A model generated the notes under the pieces. That model did not search any database, was not told where the DNA came from, and saw only the letters and a program-made list of their open reading frames with translations. This document shows, one piece after another, positions 61,524-64,000 of a DNA stretch of 64,000 nucleotides. The DNA is from the human T2T-CHM13v2.0 reference genome, Homo sapiens. The DNA lies in the NCBI RefSeq assembly GCF_009914755.1, contig NC_060937.1, one strand, 5' to 3'. The translations under genes and the position numbers were made by a program. The number at the start of each line of letters is the position of its first letter. The first letter of the stretch is position 1.

Positions 61524-62600
61524 TGTTGCAGGAAGTCAGGGACCCCGAACGGAGGGACCAGCTGAAGCCATGGTGGAAGAACATAAATTGTGAAGATTTC
61601 ATGGACATTTATTAGTTCCCCAAATTAATACTTTTATAATTTCTTACGCCTGTCTTTACTGCAGTCTCTGAACATAAATTGTGAAGATTTCATGGACACT
61701 TATCACTTCCCCAATCAATACCCTTGTGATTTCCTATGCCTGTCTTTACTTTAACCTCTTAATCCCTACATCTTCGAGGAGGATGTAGGTTGCCTCAGGA
61801 CCCTGTGATGGTTGCGTTAACTGTAAGAATTGTTTGTAGAGCATGTGTGTTTGAACAATATGAAATCTGGGCACCTTGAAAAAAGAACAGGATAACAGCA
61901 ATGTTCAGGGAACAAGAGAGATAACCTTAAACTCTGACTGCCAGTGAGCCAGGTGGAGCCATATTTCTCTTCTTTCAAAAGCAAATGGGAGAAATATCGC
62001 TGAATTCTTTTTCTCAGCAAGGAACATCCCTGAGAAAGAGAATGTGTCCCTGAGGGGAGGCCTCTGAAATGGCCGCTTTGGGGATGGCTGTCTTTTACGG
62101 TTGTAGCAGAGGGATGAAATAAGCCCCGGTCTCCCACAGCACTCCCAGGCTTATTAGGACGAGGAAATTCCCGCCTAATAAATTTTGGTCAGACCGGTTG
62201 TCTGCTCTCAAACCCTGTTTCCTGATAAGATGTTATCAATGACAATGGGTGCCCAAAACTTCATTAGCAATTTTAATTTCGCCCCAGTCCTGTGGTCCTG
62301 TGATCTCGCCCTGCCTCCATTTACCTTGTGATATTTTATTACCTTGTGAAGCATGTGATTTCTGTGACCCACACCCTATTTGTACACTCCCTCCCCTTTT
62401 GAAAATCACTAATAAAAACTTGCTGGTTTTACGGCTCAGGGGGCATCACAGAACCTGCTGACATGTGATGTCTCCCCCAGACACCCAGCTTTAAATTTTC
62501 TCTCTTTTGTACTCTGTCCCTTTATTTCTCAGACCGGCCGACTCTTAGGGAAATTAGAAAAGAACCTACGTGAAATATCGGGGGTGAATTTCACCTGATA
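61524..62600 (+). mobile_element. MER11 solo LTR (HERV-K11/HML-8), 1077 bp, 6-bp TSD
   Basis: TGTTGCAGGAAGTCAGGGACCCCGAACGGAGGGACC start; internal repeat of about 91 bp (gaacataaattgtgaagatttcatggaca); perfect TSD GTTCAA at 61518-61523 and 62601-62606. Confidence 0.92.
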
Positions 62601-63573
62601 GTTCAAGGCCCAGAAAAGTTCTCTGAATCATTAAGGAACTGTGACCGTAAATTCAATATAATTTCAGACTTGCGTAGGGTTTATTTTTCTCTTATGGAAA
62701 TGGCAATCAGGGCATCTATGACAGGCATGCTCCACCTTTCTCCACTTTCCGTATGGCCTTTCTACTCATTTTGTTCCCCTAATTAACATCCTTAATTTAG
62801 TTCTTATCACTTGTATTTGTTTGTTTCATAGCTTCCTGCTGTGTTCTTTTAAAACTCTGGCCAAATGATTTGGTGATCGTTTTTTATGTTTTTTATTTAA
62901 GAGTAATAAACTGCTATAAAACAAAGTAACAAAGCTAGTGCTGAGATTGCATTCGTAGAAGTCTACCACCTAGATCATAAACGTGGTAGGACCCACAGTG
63001 CCCTGAAGGGGTGAGACTGGGAATCAGTTGTTTCCTGGTTTTAAGAAGAGAAATAAAAGGAATATGTTCAGAAAATGTTTATCAGGAGAGTGAAAGTTCC
63101 AATGTCATGTTTTTGGAGTAAAGTGTTGACAAAACTAAAAATATTTACACTGAAAAAGAAATAACTCAAGAGAAATAGGACAAATTTGTTCAAGTATCCC
63201 TTACCACGTGGAAAGGGTGTTGAGTACAAAGGTATATTATGCGTACTATAAAGAGCAGGTCGATGTTTCCGAGAAGGAACATCTTCACTCAGTCATCAGA
63301 AGCTGCCATGGAACATCCTCACGTCTGCCACGCACTCTCTCATGCCAACGCTGGCTGTGTCTAAGCAAGAGGAAGGGGCAGACACCAGCTGGACCAGATA
63401 ATTTTACAGATGCTGCCTAGTGCTCAACATTGTTTAAGTCCAAAAATGAAAGCACTCTTTTAGCTGTGGATCTGATGTTCCCATGTCTCCCAGAGTAGCT
63501 TAATAGCATGTACTTGTCTCCTGTGCCTGTTAGCATAGACTGAACGGGGTTGATATTAGAATGTGTTAGATTA

Positions 63574-63912
63574 TGTCAGTGTTCAAAAGCTGCAGTAGCA
63601 AATGAACACCAGTGTGGTGGCTGGAAACAACATAAATTAATTGTCTCACAGTTCTGGAGGTTAGAAGTCTGGAATTCAGGTGTCTGTAGACGCACGAGCT
63701 CTTGACCTCTCTGGGGGGACCTCCCCTGCCCATTCCTAGCTCTGATGGTTGCTGCTGATCTTTAGTGTTCCTTGGCTTGGAGATGCATTGCTCCAGTCTC
63801 TGCCTCTATTGACTCATGACCTTCTCCCTGTGCCTCTTCTCTTCTCCAAAGGACACTGGTCACATTGGATTAGGACACACCCTACTCCAGTATGACCTTA
63901 TTGTAACTTGAG
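63574..63912 (-). mobile_element. MaLR LTR (MLT1B/C-like)
   Basis: ggtggctggaaacaacataaattaattgtctcacagttctggaggttagaagtc...aaggacactggtcacattggattagg...ccagtatgacctta. Confidence 0.75.
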
Positions 63913-63914
63913 TA

Positions 63915-64000
63915 CAGTAGTTTCACCCTAAACTAAGGTTTTGCTTTCTATGGTTTCAGTTACCGGAGTTCAACTGTGGTCCAAAAATTTTAAATAGAAA
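63915..64000 (+). mobile_element. MER44/Tigger7 terminal sequence, truncated by the window edge
   Basis: TA|cagtagt...ggttttgctttctatggtttcagttacc...caactgtggtccaaaaat. Confidence 0.7.

Overview
Primate genomic DNA, almost certainly human: AT-rich and dense in Alu, L1, L2, MIR, LTR and DNA-transposon relics. The window lies inside the MYO16 gene (unconventional myosin XVI; human chr13q33.3, from recall) on the + strand. Six internal coding exons (5576-5726, 16663-16773, 27398-27463, 44160-44287, 49475-49580, 59124-59241) have canonical AG/GT boundaries and matching phases. They splice into one open frame of about 226 codons covering the ankyrin-motor linker and the start of the motor domain, including a divergent P-loop (GERGSGKS) and switch I (NDLSSCF). 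The rest is intronic: about 20 Alus, two 5'-inverted (twin-primed) L1 copies, solo LTRs with target-site duplications (LTR1, MER61, MER11, MaLR), a Ricksha/MULE relic and other DNA transposons, and three minisatellites. I found no prokaryote-type system, CRISPR array or RNA gene, and nothing that amounts to a new biological system. The best leads are the non-canonical motor active-site residues, a minisatellite whose units each hold a variable microsatellite, a 48-bp VNTR with long ORFs on both strands split by an Alu, and a CpG-rich MER61 LTR with a p53-like site facing that VNTR. Repeat subfamily names come from recalled consensus sequences and should be confirmed with RepeatMasker/Dfam.
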